DNA from: Gammaproteobacteria bacterium
GTDB lineage: Bacteria > Pseudomonadota > Gammaproteobacteria > Magnimaribacterales > D2472
Assembly: GCA_038108875.1 (NCBI GenBank)
Contig: JAYNII010000002.1
Span: 33,388-97,387, forward strand
Direction of reading: 5' to 3'
DNA length: 64,000 bases
This document shows positions 13,463-25,208 of this stretch, piece after piece (the stretch's first letter is position 1; every line of letters begins with the position of its first letter). The position numbers and the translations under genes were made by a program. The notes under the pieces were generated by a model. The model was not told the DNA's origin. It saw only the letters and a program-made list of their open reading frames with translations, and did not search any database.

Positions 13463-14641
13463 TTATAACCCCAGTAATAATCTCTCTGGTAACTCCAAAG
13501 CTTCTTTAATATTTACTAAAAAACCAACTGCCTCTTTTCCATCTATCAACCTATGATCATAACTCAGTGCTAAATACATCATTGGCCGAATAGTAATTTC
13601 GCCGTTCACAACAACAGCTCTATCTTGGATTTTATGCATACCTAAAATTGCAGTTTGCGGAGCATTTAAAATTGGCGTGGAAAGCAAAGATCCAAAAACT
13701 CCTCCATTTGAGATAGTGAAAGTTCCTCCTTGCATGTCTTGTATTTCAAGTTTTCCATCTCTTGCCTTTTGTGAATAATCAATTATGGATTTCTCGATCT
13801 CAGCTAAATCTAAATTTTCGGCATTTCTAAGAATTGGCACCACTAATCCTCTCTCAGAAGAAACAGCAACTCCTATATCTTGGTAACTATGATAAACAAT
13901 ATCATTTCCATCAAGAGATGCATTTACCGATGGAAAAGCTCTGAGCGCATCAACTGCTGCAGCAACAAAAAAGCTCATAAAACCTAATTTCACACCATGT
14001 TTGAGTTCAAATTCGGCACCAAATTTAGCTCTCATGTTTTTAATAGGTAACATATCTACCTCATTAAAAGTAGTTAGCATTGCCGTACCTTGTTTTGCTT
14101 CCAATAAACGTTTTGCAATTGTTGCTCTGAGCCTAGACATTGGTACCCTTTCTACATGTCTACCATCTTGTTCTGTTACTAAAAGATTTTCAGGAGTAAC
14201 AGACTGAGACTCAGTCCTTTCCAAATGTGCTATGACATCAGCTTTAGTAATTCTTCCTCCCTTTCCGGTAGCAGCTACTTCTTCAGCATCAATCTCTTTA
14301 TTGCTTAAGATTCTTTTTGCTGCTGGTCCGGATTTATTTTTATTAGCTCTACTTTTGATGCTCTCTACTGGCGTCTTTTCTTCTACTGCTTTGCTTGAGT
14401 CAGTTGTTGCTGAAAAATCTGCAATTAGTTCTGCACTGACTACAGTCTCCCCAGCTTGCTTATAGATTTTTGAAATTGATCCATCAAAAGGTGCAACAAC
14501 TTCTAATACAACCTTATCAGTTTCTATTTCAGCTATTACCTCATCTTGCTTAACCTTTTCACCTTCTCTTTTTAACCAATTTGCAACGGTTCCATCAACC
14601 ACTGATTCAGGAAAAGTAGGTGATTTAATTTCTGTGCTCAT
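13463..14641 (-). CDS. sucB: 2-oxoglutarate dehydrogenase E2 (dihydrolipoyllysine succinyltransferase)
   Basis: 392 aa. Lipoyl motif IETDKV, E3-binding domain, and catalytic DHRLIDG. Confidence 0.93.
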   Translation of the reverse strand: MSTEIKSPTFPESVVDGTVANWLKREGEKVKQDEVIAEIETDKVVLEVVAPFDGSISKIYKQAGETVVSAELIADFSATTDSSKAVEEKTPVESIKSRANKNKSGPAAKRILSNKEIDAEEVAATGKGGRITKADVIAHLERTESQSVTPENLLVTEQDGRHVERVPMSRLRATIAKRLLEAKQGTAMLTTFNEVDMLPIKNMRAKFGAEFELKHGVKLGFMSFFVAAAVDALRAFPSVNASLDGNDIVYHSYQDIGVAVSSERGLVVPILRNAENLDLAEIEKSIIDYSQKARDGKLEIQDMQGGTFTISNGGVFGSLLSTPILNAPQTAILGMHKIQDRAVVVNGEITIRPMMYLALSYDHRLIDGKEAVGFLVNIKEALELPERLLLGL

Positions 14642-14653
14642 AGTTATCCTCCT

Positions 14654-17458
14654 CTAGTCATTGAAGGCACTTTCTACCAATTCGAATTGTTGTTTCAAGT
14701 GCAGCTTATTAGATCCAACTGCAGGTGCTGAAGATGCAGATCTACTTATCAGCGATAATTCACAGAGTCCTAATTTATCTAAAACCCTTTGTATTCTGTG
14801 ACGGTGACTGAACCAGGCTCCCTGATTCATTGGCTCCTCTTGGCACCAAGTTACCTTTTTAATATTAGGATAACGTGAAAGAATTATTTGGAGTTTCTCA
14901 TAAGGGAAAGAGTAAAGTTGCTCTATTCTTATAATGGCAGTTTTACTTTCATTAATTTCGTCCCTCTTTTCATCTAAATCAAAGAATAATTTCCCTGAAC
15001 ACAATAAAATCTTTTCAATAATTTTAGGGTTAGCTTTTACGTCATCAATTACAAATTGGAACGAACCTTCAGTGAATTCCTGAAGGTTAGAAGTTGCTTT
15101 TGGACTTCTTAAAAGACTCTTTGGAGTAATTATTACAAGAGGTTTTCTCATTGGTCTAATAGCTTGAAGTCGCAAAAGATGAAAGATTTGAGCAGGTGTA
15201 CTGGGAATGCAGACTTGGATATTTTCGTGTGCACAGAGTTGAAGAAAGCGCTCAATTCTAGCGCTGCTATGTTCTGGACCTTGTCCTTCATAGCCATGAG
15301 GTAACAACATAACTAGGCCAGAAAGCCTTTCCCATTTGTGTTCAGCAGATGAAATAAACTGATCAATAACTACTTGGGCTCCATTAGCAAAATCACCAAA
15401 TTGAGCTTCCCAAATCACTAAACCAGATGGCCAAGTAGCAGAATATCCATATTCAAACCCTAAGACAGCTTCCTCAGAAAGCAGAGAATCATACATATCA
15501 AAATTAGTTTTAGCATCGGATGCAACTTTTGTTAATGGTATAAAGCCTTCTCCGTTATCTTGATTGACTAAAATTGCATGCCTATGAGAAAAAGTACCCC
15601 TTCGGATATCCTGTCCAGTCATTCTAATAGGGTAACCTTCTTTAAGTAGAGTCCCAAGAGCCATTAATTCTCCAAAACCCCAGTCTGCTGGCAACTCACC
15701 ATCAGCCATTAGATACCTGTTGTTGTATAGTTTTTCAACTTGCTTTTGGAGAGGGTAATCATTTGGGGAGCTAAAGATTGTTTTAGCAATATTTTGAAAG
15801 GAGTCATTTGAGACTCTGGTATCTGTGATTTCATTCCAATGCTTATCTAAGTAAGGACTCCAATCAAACCAAAGGTTTTCATCCGGTTTTGTAGCCAAGT
15901 TCAAGGCCACCGCACCGCCGCTCTCAAGAGATTCTCTATAGGTCTTTTGTATATTGGTGCACTCAGTCTCAGAAAGTATGTTCAAATCTAATAGTTTTCT
16001 TTCGTAGGCATCTTTAACTGATGGTTTTTTTGCTATTGCTTGATACATAATTGGTTGAGTGGCAGTAGGGTCGTCTGCTTCATTGTGACCACGCCTACGA
16101 TAACAAACTAAATCAATAATTATGTCTTTCTTGAAAGTATTTCGGTATTCAGTTGCAAGTTTAGCAGCAAAAACTACTAACTCAGGATTATCAGAATTTA
16201 CATGCAAAATTGGAGCCTCGATCATCTTTGCAACATCAGTAGCATAATGGGTGGAGCGAGCATCTTGAGGATATGAAGTTGTAAATCCTATCTGATTATT
16301 AACTAAGACATGAATGGTTCCTCCAACGCCATAACCTCTGGTTTGAGACATTTGAAATGTTTCCATTACGACTCCTTGACCAGCAAAAGATGCATCTCCG
16401 TGAATCAAGATAGGTACAACAAGATTTCTTTTAGAATCTTGAAGTCTTTCTTGTCTTGCTCTTACCGAACCCTGCACAACAGGATTGACTATTTCAAGAT
16501 GAGAGGGGTTACTGCTAAGCGAGACATGAACTTCTCCAGCCGGAGTTAAGATGTTTGAGGAATAACCAAGATGGTATTTGACATCTCCAGTGCTAACCTT
16601 TTTTAATGTGTATTCTTCTTCAAACGCAGCTAACAGCTCTTTAGGAGTTTTGCCTAGAACGTTTACTAATAAATTTAGGCGGCCCCTATGGGCCATCCCT
16701 ACACAAATTTGTTGTGCTCCAAAAATACCGCAATTTTGTATAAGCGAATCTACCAATGGAATCAGAGATTCAGCTCCCTCAATCCCAAATCTCTTCATTC
16801 CTGGGTACTTTGAAGATAACACTTTCTCTAACCCATCTGCTGAAGATAATCTTTGGTAAATATATTTTTGCTCCTCTGGACTAAAAGTAACGCACCCTCT
16901 TAAAGGTTCAATCCTCTCTTGAAACCATTTTCTTTCTGCATTTATGGTTATGTGATGGTACTCAATGCCTAAAAGACCACAATAAATCGAATTAAGAGCA
17001 TCAAATATTTCTTGAAGACTTGCAGAAGACTTACCAATATTAAGAGTATCGGTTTGAAAAATTTTAGTTAAATCGTTTTGAGATAGACCATGGAACTCGA
17101 GACTAAGATCTTCCGATGGAGAAATATCACTAATTCCTAATGGATCTAAAGTAGCTTTGGTGTGCCCCCTATGTCGATATGCCTGGATTAATTGTATAAC
17201 TCTGATTTGTTTCTGATTAACAGAGACCACTGATCTAGTAGAAGATTTATTTTTGGGTAATTTTTTAAATTTTTGAACAATGGCTCCATGAGAAACATCA
17301 TGCTCAATTTTGGTTCCCGGAAGTGCATCAAAATAGCTTTTCCATTCTTTCGATACTGAATCAGGGTTATGCATATACTGTTCATAAAGGCTTTCAAGGT
17401 ATGCAGTATTGCTTCCTGATGAATGTGAGCTTTGAAACAAATCTGTCATTGATGACAT
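14654..17458 (-). CDS. sucA: 2-oxoglutarate dehydrogenase E1
   Basis: 934 aa. ThDP-dependent E1o sequence (GMAHRGRLN, HGDASFAGQG, LLPHGYEGQGPEHSS). Confidence 0.95.
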   Translation of the reverse strand: MSSMTDLFQSSHSSGSNTAYLESLYEQYMHNPDSVSKEWKSYFDALPGTKIEHDVSHGAIVQKFKKLPKNKSSTRSVVSVNQKQIRVIQLIQAYRHRGHTKATLDPLGISDISPSEDLSLEFHGLSQNDLTKIFQTDTLNIGKSSASLQEIFDALNSIYCGLLGIEYHHITINAERKWFQERIEPLRGCVTFSPEEQKYIYQRLSSADGLEKVLSSKYPGMKRFGIEGAESLIPLVDSLIQNCGIFGAQQICVGMAHRGRLNLLVNVLGKTPKELLAAFEEEYTLKKVSTGDVKYHLGYSSNILTPAGEVHVSLSSNPSHLEIVNPVVQGSVRARQERLQDSKRNLVVPILIHGDASFAGQGVVMETFQMSQTRGYGVGGTIHVLVNNQIGFTTSYPQDARSTHYATDVAKMIEAPILHVNSDNPELVVFAAKLATEYRNTFKKDIIIDLVCYRRRGHNEADDPTATQPIMYQAIAKKPSVKDAYERKLLDLNILSETECTNIQKTYRESLESGGAVALNLATKPDENLWFDWSPYLDKHWNEITDTRVSNDSFQNIAKTIFSSPNDYPLQKQVEKLYNNRYLMADGELPADWGFGELMALGTLLKEGYPIRMTGQDIRRGTFSHRHAILVNQDNGEGFIPLTKVASDAKTNFDMYDSLLSEEAVLGFEYGYSATWPSGLVIWEAQFGDFANGAQVVIDQFISSAEHKWERLSGLVMLLPHGYEGQGPEHSSARIERFLQLCAHENIQVCIPSTPAQIFHLLRLQAIRPMRKPLVIITPKSLLRSPKATSNLQEFTEGSFQFVIDDVKANPKIIEKILLCSGKLFFDLDEKRDEINESKTAIIRIEQLYSFPYEKLQIILSRYPNIKKVTWCQEEPMNQGAWFSHRHRIQRVLDKLGLCELSLISRSASSAPAVGSNKLHLKQQFELVESAFND

Positions 17459-18202
17459 CTAGCCGCTCTTAATAACTCTTAGTGGTTTAACTTTTTCTGT
17501 AGAATTATTTAGCAACATGCTTTTAATACTTCCAATAGCTTTGTTGGGATTTAATCCCTTAGGGCAAACACTTACACAATTCATAATGCCATGGCATCGA
17601 TAAACACTAAACGGATCAGACAGAGCCTCCAACCTCTCTTCAGCTCTTGAATCTCTTGTGTCTGCAATAAATCTATAAGCCTGCAGTAAAGCAGCTGGGC
17701 CAACAAACTTATCAGGGTTCCACCAGAAAGATGGGCAACTTGTAGAGCAACAGGCACAGAGAATACATTCATAAAGACCATCAAGTTTATCCCTGTCCTC
17801 GGGGCTTTGTAATCTTTCAATCTCAGGAGGATTAGTATCGTTTTGAAGAAATGGCTTTATCTTTTCATATTGAGCATAGAACTCTTCCATATCCACTACA
17901 AGGTCTCTCAATACTGGTAAACCTGGTAAAGGTCTTAAATCTAACTTATTCCCATTAAGTGCTTTAGATAAAGGTGTGATGCACGCCAAGCCATTTTTGC
18001 CATTGATATTCATGCCATCTGAACCACAAACTCCTTCACGACAGGAACGTCTGTATGAGATTGTTGGGTCTTGCTCCTTTAATAGATTGAGCAATTCTAA
18101 AACCATAATATCTCTTTCAGGTTTATCAAATTTGAAAGTTTGCATATAGGGAAAAGCATCAGTTTCAGCGTTAAATCTATAAATATTAATTTCTAATTGC
18201 AT
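17459..18202 (-). CDS. sdhB: Succinate dehydrogenase iron-sulfur subunit
   Basis: Cys clusters CREGVCGSDG, CILCACCSTSCP and CHGIMNCVSVCP. I prefer the ATG at 18200-18202 (MQLEINIYRF), 1 nt after the sdhA stop, over the ORF-track start at 18238. Confidence 0.93.
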   Translation of the reverse strand: MQLEINIYRFNAETDAFPYMQTFKFDKPERDIMVLELLNLLKEQDPTISYRRSCREGVCGSDGMNINGKNGLACITPLSKALNGNKLDLRPLPGLPVLRDLVVDMEEFYAQYEKIKPFLQNDTNPPEIERLQSPEDRDKLDGLYECILCACCSTSCPSFWWNPDKFVGPAALLQAYRFIADTRDSRAEERLEALSDPFSVYRCHGIMNCVSVCPKGLNPNKAIGSIKSMLLNNSTEKVKPLRVIKSG

Positions 18203-18203
18203 A

Positions 18204-19988
18204 CTAATAAGTCCTGATCTTCGGAGGAAAGGGTTCAACTATAGAAGGCTTAAAATTAACATTTCTTTTGCCTAATGATTTGTGCAAAGGATCATACAGA
18301 GAATGGCAAAGCCAATTTTCATCATCTCTGTCTGGAAAATCTTCTCGAGCATGGGCTCCTCTGCTTTCTGGTCTCTGCAATGCAGAAATTGCTGTTGCCT
18401 CAGCTACTTCAAATAAATTTTGGAGTTCGAGAGCTTCTACCCTATTGGTATTAAATGAATTGCTTTTATCCTTAAGATGAATATTGTCGATTTTTTCTCT
18501 AATATCATTTAGAGATTGAACTCCCTTTTCCATATAATCACCTCTCCTGAAGACGCCGAAATAATTTTGCATTACTTCCTGAAGCTCTCTCTTTACCTCA
18601 GCAACTTCAAAACCAGAAGAAGAATTATTAAGTTTATTAATTCTTGCTAAAGCTCTATCGATATCATCTTTACTAGGATCATCGCAACCCCCTCCAGACT
18701 TTATGTCTTCATGGATGAATTTCCCAGCTGCTCTTCCAAATACGACCAAATCAAGCAAAGAGTTACCACCCAGCCTATTAGCTCCATGTACAGATACACA
18801 TGCAGCCTCACCAACTGAAAAAAGTCCCTGGATGATATTATCAGTTCCATCTTTTTGGAAGAATGCTTGTCCATGAATATTAGTTGGGGTTCCGCCCATC
18901 ATATAATGACAAGTGGGTACAACAGGGATTGGCTCATACACAGGATCTACATGAGCAAATGTCTTTGAAAGTTCGCAAATGCCAGGAAGCTTTGCATCGA
19001 GTACATCTTTACCTAGATGATCAAGCTTTAGAAATACATGGTCCTTATTATCACCACAACCTCTTCCTTCGATAATCTCAAGAACCATGGACCTTGCCAC
19101 AACATCTCTACCTGCTAGATCTTTTGCAATTGGAGCATATCTTTCCATAAATCTCTCGCCGTCAGAATTAATGAGATATCCCCCTTCTCCTCTGCAACCC
19201 TCTGTTACAAGTGATCCAGCACCATAAATACCGGTTGGATGAAATTGCCACATCTCCATATCTTGCGCAGGAAATCCAGCCCTTAAAGCCATGCCCAGTC
19301 CATCTCCAGTATTAATCAAAGCATTTGTGGTTGATGCATATATTCTACCTGCGCCACCAGTTGCAAGAACGGTTGCTTGCGCTCTAAGAAAAGCAATTTC
19401 ACCACTTTCGATAGAAAATGCTATCACCCCGCAAACTGCATTCTTTGAGTTAATTACTAAATCAACAGCAAACCATTCGTTGAGAAAATTAGTTCCTTCC
19501 TTTATATTATTTTGATAAAGAGTATGTAAGAGAGCATGTCCTGTTCTATCTGCTGCTGCACAAGTTCTTGCAGCTTGCCCACCCTTCCCAAAATCTTTTG
19601 ATTGGCCTCCAAAAGGTCTTTGATATATTCTGCCAGTCTCTGTCCTTGAAAAAGGCAACCCCATATGCTCAAGCTCAAAAACTGCTTTAGGTCCCTCTGA
19701 GCACATGTACTCAATCGCATCTTGGTCACCAATATAATCTGAACCTTTAACAGTATCGTACATATGCCATCTCCAATCATCGTTGGGATCAGCGCTTTGA
19801 ATAGCACAAGTTATACCTCCCTGAGCTGACACAGTATGAGATCTAGTTGGAAATACTTTTGATATTACTGCGGTATTGAGACCTGATTTTGCAAGTTCCA
19901 AAGAAGCTCTCATACCTGAACCACCGCCTCCAACAATTAGAGCATCAAAATGTAAAACTTTAAGATTGGAAGAGTTAATGTTATTCAT
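18204..19988 (-). CDS. sdhA: Succinate dehydrogenase flavoprotein subunit
   Basis: GGGGSGM FAD motif, [10 protein letters not shown] (covalent FAD His) and HPTG. The ATG at 19986-19988 lies 2 nt after the sdhD stop and is preferred over the TTG at 20000. Confidence 0.95.
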   Translation of the reverse strand: MNNINSSNLKVLHFDALIVGGGGSGMRASLELAKSGLNTAVISKVFPTRSHTVSAQGGITCAIQSADPNDDWRWHMYDTVKGSDYIGDQDAIEYMCSEGPKAVFELEHMGLPFSRTETGRIYQRPFGGQSKDFGKGGQAARTCAAADRTGHALLHTLYQNNIKEGTNFLNEWFAVDLVINSKNAVCGVIAFSIESGEIAFLRAQATVLATGGAGRIYASTTNALINTGDGLGMALRAGFPAQDMEMWQFHPTGIYGAGSLVTEGCRGEGGYLINSDGERFMERYAPIAKDLAGRDVVARSMVLEIIEGRGCGDNKDHVFLKLDHLGKDVLDAKLPGICELSKTFAHVDPVYEPIPVVPTCHYMMGGTPTNIHGQAFFQKDGTDNIIQGLFSVGEAACVSVHGANRLGGNSLLDLVVFGRAAGKFIHEDIKSGGGCDDPSKDDIDRALARINKLNNSSSGFEVAEVKRELQEVMQNYFGVFRRGDYMEKGVQSLNDIREKIDNIHLKDKSNSFNTNRVEALELQNLFEVAEATAISALQRPESRGAHAREDFPDRDDENWLCHSLYDPLHKSLGKRNVNFKPSIVEPFPPKIRTY

Positions 19989-19990
19989 GA

Positions 19991-20341
19991 CTAAAGCCAA
20001 ATTAATAGTAAATAAAAAATGGTTACTGAGCTGCCTAAGACAAAGAAAAAAGATTCATATAATTTTCTAATAAAAGTTGCGTTTCTTGATAGCTTGGGTG
20101 ATAGAAAACCTAAAGTCCTTGAGGTTAAGTAATCTGTTCCCACTGTCCACATTCCTGCAAACCCGTGCAAAGTTGCAAGAAAAATAAAAAAAGTTAAAAA
20201 CAATTTAAATAGATGATTGTTACTAATAAATTCAAAAGAAAGTTCGTCTTGAAAAAACAGATACTCTGTATAAATCATAAAGAATAAAAAATATATAGCT
20301 GTATATCTCTGCATTTTCCAAATTAGCATTCCCAGTTTCAT
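19991..20341 (-). CDS. sdhD: Succinate dehydrogenase membrane anchor subunit
   Basis: About 116-aa 3-TM protein positioned between sdhC and sdhA. The ATG at 20339-20341 forms an ATGA overlap with the sdhC stop. Confidence 0.75.
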   Translation of the reverse strand: MKLGMLIWKMQRYTAIYFLFFMIYTEYLFFQDELSFEFISNNHLFKLFLTFFIFLATLHGFAGMWTVGTDYLTSRTLGFLSPKLSRNATFIRKLYESFFFVLGSSVTIFYLLLIWL

Positions 20342-20718
20342 AGCATTACCCAAAAAGTAATAAGTGAATTAATCAAAAACAGAACAATAGTAACTTGAGC
20401 AGAGACTTCGGAACTCTCAAGAGTTTCTGGGAGCAAATGAAAATCATGAATCATGTGACGTATCCCAACGAACATGTGATATTGAAAAATAAAAATGGCA
20501 AAAAGGACAAATGTCCTAAAAATAAAGTTGGAACTATAAATTTCCAGCATTAGGGTGAAAGCCATCTCATCTCTTGTAAAATTACTATAAAGATAAGCTG
20601 AGAAAGGAATTACTATGAAGAATAAAGCAATACCAGATAATCTATGAGTAATAGACATAAATGCTGCTAAGGGCAGTCTAATTTTAAGGAGATTTATAAA
20701 AATTGGCTTAGTAGACAT
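20338..20718 (-). CDS. sdhC: Succinate dehydrogenase cytochrome b556 subunit
   Basis: 126-aa 3-TM protein. The SITHRLSGI motif carries the heme-ligand His. It is the first gene of the sdhCDAB order. Confidence 0.8.
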   Translation of the reverse strand: MSTKPIFINLLKIRLPLAAFMSITHRLSGIALFFIVIPFSAYLYSNFTRDEMAFTLMLEIYSSNFIFRTFVLFAIFIFQYHMFVGIRHMIHDFHLLPETLESSEVSAQVTIVLFLINSLITFWVML

Positions 20719-20775
20719 TTGTTGATTTATAGGGGTAATTTATAATAAATTATAAATTAGAACTTAAAAAAAGTG

Positions 20776-22161
20776 TTACCTTTTCTTAGATTTTACATGG
20801 TCCATTAATCTTTTTTTCTTTTTTATTTGCCTATCTGTTAAAGCTTGTTTTTTATTTTGAAATGGATTGATTGCTTTTTTAAAAACTAGGTTAAGAGAGA
20901 CTCCACGTAAATCTAATGCTTTGGTAAAGCTCTTTTCCAAAAATCTTCGGAAGTTACTTGGAACATTTGCATTAGATACATTTCCATGCAGCACTAATGT
21001 AGTTGGATTATTGCCACCGAAGTTTACAAATCTAATTTTAATTTCTCTTCCATTAATTCCTGGTGTGTTGATATTTCTTAAAAAGCTATCTAAAAATTTA
21101 TTTAACTTGGGAGTTGTAAATGATTTATTTGCCCTTTCATATAAATTTGAAATTGTATTCAATACCTTGCTGATACCTTGTTTCTTTAGAGCAGAGATCC
21201 CTACCAGCTCAATATTCTCAAAAATAGGATGCTCTAATTCTTTTGATTTCAGAAATTCCTTTTCTTCATTGGAAGTTAAAAGATCTAATTTGTTTAATAA
21301 AACAACACAAGGTTTACCTGTTTGTTTTACCAAGTTAATAATTCTGATGTCCTGATCTACTATACCCTCCTTTGCATCAATGATTATTGCTGTGACATCG
21401 GCAACTTCAACAGCTTGAATAGCTTTAACAAAGGAAAAATATTCTACTTTTTCAGTTTTTTTATTTTTTTTTCTAATACCAGCAGTATCAATAAGCGTCA
21501 GTTTTTGTTCTTTATACTCAAATCCTATCTCAATTGAATCTATAGTGGTCCCAGCTATTTCAGATGTAATAAGTTTATTTTCCCTAATAATAGTATTTGC
21601 AAGAGTTGATTTTCCCGCATTTGGTCTACCTATAAGAGCAAACTTAAGAGCGCTATTAGTGATTTCATTTTCTAAGTTATAGGCATGAGTATAAATTAGC
21701 TCTTGAACCCCATCTAAATTGATAGAATGTTCTGCGCTAACTTCGAGAAAGCTAGTAATTCCATTTTTGGTAAGATCGTCAACTGCATTTCTTTTTTTTA
21801 AATCTGCTTTATTGAGTATTACAAAAAATGGTTTGTCTAATTTTCTGAGTTTTTGAAGAATATTAAGATCATAGGTATCAAGAAATTCAGAGCCATCGAT
21901 TAAAAACAACACCATGGACGACTCTTCTGCAGCTTGCCATGCCTGTTCAGAAACCTTTTCAGATAGGCTATCAATATCTCCAATACCTCCAGTATCAACT
22001 AAAAAGAATCTTTTATCCTTAATATTTATAAAACTGTAATTCCTGTCCCTTGTTAACCCTGGGAAATCTGAGACTATAGATTTTCTTGAACTTGTTAGCT
22101 TATTAAAAAGGGACGATTTACCTACGTTGGGTTTTCCAATAATTGCAATCGACTTAAGCAT
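20776..22161 (-). CDS. der: Ribosome-biogenesis GTPase Der (EngA)
   Basis: 461 aa. Two tandem G domains (GKPNVGKSS, GRPNAGKST), a KH-like C-terminus and a Lys-rich tail. Confidence 0.92.
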   Translation of the reverse strand: MLKSIAIIGKPNVGKSSLFNKLTSSRKSIVSDFPGLTRDRNYSFINIKDKRFFLVDTGGIGDIDSLSEKVSEQAWQAAEESSMVLFLIDGSEFLDTYDLNILQKLRKLDKPFFVILNKADLKKRNAVDDLTKNGITSFLEVSAEHSINLDGVQELIYTHAYNLENEITNSALKFALIGRPNAGKSTLANTIIRENKLITSEIAGTTIDSIEIGFEYKEQKLTLIDTAGIRKKNKKTEKVEYFSFVKAIQAVEVADVTAIIIDAKEGIVDQDIRIINLVKQTGKPCVVLLNKLDLLTSNEEKEFLKSKELEHPIFENIELVGISALKKQGISKVLNTISNLYERANKSFTTPKLNKFLDSFLRNINTPGINGREIKIRFVNFGGNNPTTLVLHGNVSNANVPSNFRRFLEKSFTKALDLRGVSLNLVFKKAINPFQNKKQALTDRQIKKKKRLMDHVKSKKR

Positions 22162-22174
22162 AATCTGATCATCA

Positions 22175-23314
22175 CTAGTTAATTGATATTATAGAGAGGT
22201 CTTCATCTACGATAAAAACTGCATCTCCGCGATTTACAATATTCCTTATTGGACTTCTTGAAATTTTCTTACGACCAACAGTAGTCCCTGTCAAAACATC
22301 AATGATATGAACATAGCCATCTAAGTCGCCTACCAAAATATTTCCTTTATATTCAACAGCATTGCTAAGCTTCCTTCTTAAATATTCTTCGTTTAACCAA
22401 GATTGCTGAAGAGTCCTATTCGAAAAAGAGAGTATAGATCCATCGTCTTGAATGATAACAATCAGATTATTTAGCACGACAGGCTGGAAAAAGCTTGAAG
22501 CTTCTGAGGCCCAAACTTGTCTTTGCTGGGCTAAATCGTATATTGAGATGTTGCCTTGATAATTGGTTGCATACATCAAAGAATCAACAACTAATGGTTT
22601 GGAATGTGAGTCAATAAGATTTTCTAACTCGGAAGCGCCTTTTACATATGATATTGGAGAGTCCCATAACATATAACCCGTGTTTAATTGAAACACTCCT
22701 ATCCTGCCGTTATCAAAAGTAGAAATAACACTTCCCTGCCATAAAATAGGTGAACTGGTGCCCCTTACAGTTAGGGGTGGTAACTGAGATCTAAAAGACC
22801 ATACTCTTTGCCCTGAGCTTATACTATAAGCTTGTAATTCACCCCCTGAAGTTCTGGTAACAACGAATCTTGCATCAATCACGACATTTGCAAGAACTTC
22901 AGATCCAGTATTACTTGACCAATCAATACTTCTAGAATCTATATCAAACAAATACAGGTTTCCTTGAACATCTGAGAATGCTAGCTTGCCAAATCCATAA
23001 GCAACTCCAACAGATAACTTAAAACCTAATTTTTCTTGCCAATTTATTGTGCCAGTTTCTTTGTTAAGAGACCTTATTGTCCCTTCTTCATCTGCAAAAT
23101 AAACTTCCTGTCCTGAAAAAGCTGGCTCAAAAGCACCTAGGTAGTTAATCCCGCTGAAGTTGCGTTTCCAGTTTACTGAAATATCTATTTTGTCATCAAA
23201 GGACAACAATTCTCTTGGAGATTCTAAGTCTTCCTCATCATCAGACCAGAAATTTAAGGTTGAGCAACTGCTTATGAAAAATATGAGCAGCGCTATATAC
23301 TTCTTGGTATTCAT
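22175..23314 (-). CDS. bamB: Outer membrane protein assembly factor BamB
   Basis: 379 aa. Lipobox LLIFFISSCS and a PQQ-like beta-propeller repeat pattern. The yfgM-bamB-der order is conserved. Confidence 0.8.
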   Translation of the reverse strand: MNTKKYIALLIFFISSCSTLNFWSDDEEDLESPRELLSFDDKIDISVNWKRNFSGINYLGAFEPAFSGQEVYFADEEGTIRSLNKETGTINWQEKLGFKLSVGVAYGFGKLAFSDVQGNLYLFDIDSRSIDWSSNTGSEVLANVVIDARFVVTRTSGGELQAYSISSGQRVWSFRSQLPPLTVRGTSSPILWQGSVISTFDNGRIGVFQLNTGYMLWDSPISYVKGASELENLIDSHSKPLVVDSLMYATNYQGNISIYDLAQQRQVWASEASSFFQPVVLNNLIVIIQDDGSILSFSNRTLQQSWLNEEYLRRKLSNAVEYKGNILVGDLDGYVHIIDVLTGTTVGRKKISRSPIRNIVNRGDAVFIVDEDLSIISIN

Positions 23315-23952
23315 TTAGGAATATTTAGCAAAGATATTTTAGATCTAAGCATAGTCTTTACTTCCTCGCTTTGCTCTTCTTCAATAGCAGTGCTATAGCT
23401 CTTCAGAGCAGCATCAATATTTCCAGAACCTGCTTGGGAATCTCCCAAAATTTCAAGCACTAGGGGATCATTTGGATTAACAATACCTTGCAAGGTTTTA
23501 ATAGCGGCATCAAAATTTCCCAAGCTATTTTCAAGTTGCGCTGCATTTAATCTCGCTATGCTATTAAAGATATCATCTCCAAATAAACCATCAGTTTTAT
23601 CTATAATCTCATAATAGGTCTTAAGGGCTTTCTCTAGATCTTGATGTTCTCCAAAATGTTTTGCTTTAAGTATCAGACCAAGGGTAGCAAATCCAGTATT
23701 TCCAAAGTCTTGTTCAAGTTTTGAATGCAAACTATTTATCACTTCTTCATTCTGTTCTTCTAATGCATAATTGCTGGAAAGCTGAGCGAATATATTTGCT
23801 GCTTCTGTATTCTTTACAGCCTTAGATTCGATATAAAAGTTGTATCCTAAAATGCTTCCTAAAATAGCTATCAATCCAATAACTATTACTAACTTATTTT
23901 GATAAAGCATTCTGATAAATGAATTTGAAATATCTTCTAATCTATTATTCAC
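23311..23952 (-). CDS. yfgM: YfgM-like TPR membrane-anchored protein (ancillary SecYEG subunit family)
   Basis: 213 aa. N-terminal TM followed by TPR-like helices. Position between hisS and bamB matches E. coli and Pseudomonas. Confidence 0.6.
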   Translation of the reverse strand: MNNRLEDISNSFIRMLYQNKLVIVIGLIAILGSILGYNFYIESKAVKNTEAANIFAQLSSNYALEEQNEEVINSLHSKLEQDFGNTGFATLGLILKAKHFGEHQDLEKALKTYYEIIDKTDGLFGDDIFNSIARLNAAQLENSLGNFDAAIKTLQGIVNPNDPLVLEILGDSQAGSGNIDAALKSYSTAIEEEQSEEVKTMLRSKISLLNIPK

Positions 23953-23960
23953 ATTTACTC

Positions 23961-25208
23961 CTAAAGCTGCGTTATTGTGCCCATTAATTGTGTAAATGTC
24001 ACAGTTTGTTGAGTTCCTTCATTTAGATCTTTCCAAATAAATTTCTCATTTGCAATTTCATCATCCCCAACGATCAGTGCAAAATCTCCTCCAAGCTTAT
24101 TAGCTTTTCTTAATTGAGACTTTAGACTTGCTTCAGTTAGAAGAGATTCAACTGTAACTTTTCTGTTTGCAGCTCTAATTTTGGTGGCTATTTTATATGC
24201 ATGATGCCTGTTTGATCTAGTTAGATTAATAAATATAATTTTCTTATGGGCCATGTAGGTTGGTTTATAGAGGCTCAAAAGCCTTTCCAAGCCAACAGCA
24301 AAGCCAATGGCGCTCTGATCTTTGCCTCCCAATTCGGAGATAAGATTGTCGTACCTGCCTCCGCCAATAAAGGAATCTTGGGCTCCTAATTCATTTGATA
24401 GAACTTCAAATACTAATCCAGTGTAATAATCCAAACCCCGAACCAAAGTATGGTCTATTGAAATATCAACCCTATCCTTAAAAGTGTTTCTAATATTTGT
24501 TAAAAGTTGCAGATGTTGGTCATTCAAGAACTCTTCATATTTTGGAACTTCCTTTAAGGCCAAAATATCTCTTGCCGATTCATCTTTGGAATCAAGTACC
24601 CTGAGAGGATTGATCTCTAAACGCTTTTGGTCAATTTCATTAAGAGAGGCTTTATAACCGAGTAAGAAATCTTTTAAAACATTACAATATTGCTGCTTTA
24701 CCTCGCTGCTGCCTAGGTGATTAATATGAATACTTGCCTTTTGAGAGATTTTTAGCTCATCCAGCAAATCAATAACTAAAGCAAGTATTTCGAGATCAGC
24801 GTCTCCTTCAGCAAACCCAACGTACTCAACTCCGAGCTGATGAAATTGTCTAAATCTTCCCTTTTGAGGTCTCTCATACCTAAACATGGGTCCGGTATAG
24901 TACGCTTTTTGACTTTCATGCTCTATTTTCTTCTCAATAATACTTCTAATGTAACCAGCTGTTCCTTCAGGTCTCAGAGCAACAAAATCTCCATTTCTAT
25001 CTTGAAAAGAATACAGCTCTTTGTTAACTATGTCAGAGGCATCTCCAACGGTTCTTACAAATAAATTTAAGTTCTCTAAAATAGGATTGTGGACTTCTTC
25101 TATACCATACTGATTTAAAACTTTTTGACACACTTGCCTCAGTTGATTCCATTTTCTAGATTCAGGCTGAAATATATCTTGCATCCCTCTTAAAGATTGA
25201 AACTTCAT
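23961..25208 (-). CDS. hisS: Histidyl-tRNA synthetase
   Basis: 415 aa. Class II motifs ([32 protein letters not shown]). Confidence 0.93.
   Translation of the reverse strand: MKFQSLRGMQDIFQPESRKWNQLRQVCQKVLNQYGIEEVHNPILENLNLFVRTVGDASDIVNKELYSFQDRNGDFVALRPEGTAGYIRSIIEKKIEHESQKAYYTGPMFRYERPQKGRFRQFHQLGVEYVGFAEGDADLEILALVIDLLDELKISQKASIHINHLGSSEVKQQYCNVLKDFLLGYKASLNEIDQKRLEINPLRVLDSKDESARDILALKEVPKYEEFLNDQHLQLLTNIRNTFKDRVDISIDHTLVRGLDYYTGLVFEVLSNELGAQDSFIGGGRYDNLISELGGKDQSAIGFAVGLERLLSLYKPTYMAHKKIIFINLTRSNRHHAYKIATKIRAANRKVTVESLLTEASLKSQLRKANKLGGDFALIVGDDEIANEKFIWKDLNEGTQQTVTFTQLMGTITQL

Noticed and set aside
20867-21355. A 162-aa plus-strand ORF lies inside der. Many other antisense or nested ORFs appear in the track, for example 163-348, 2087-2275, 9374-9736, 10037-10297, 11014-11286, 16578-16859, 43382-43690, 47988-48311, 51829-52134 and 61104-61469.
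   Set aside because: All lie entirely within strongly supported conserved genes on the opposite strand or in another frame. Their translations are low-complexity (Ser/Leu/Phe/Pro-rich) with no recognisable motifs. They are best explained as shadow ORFs.
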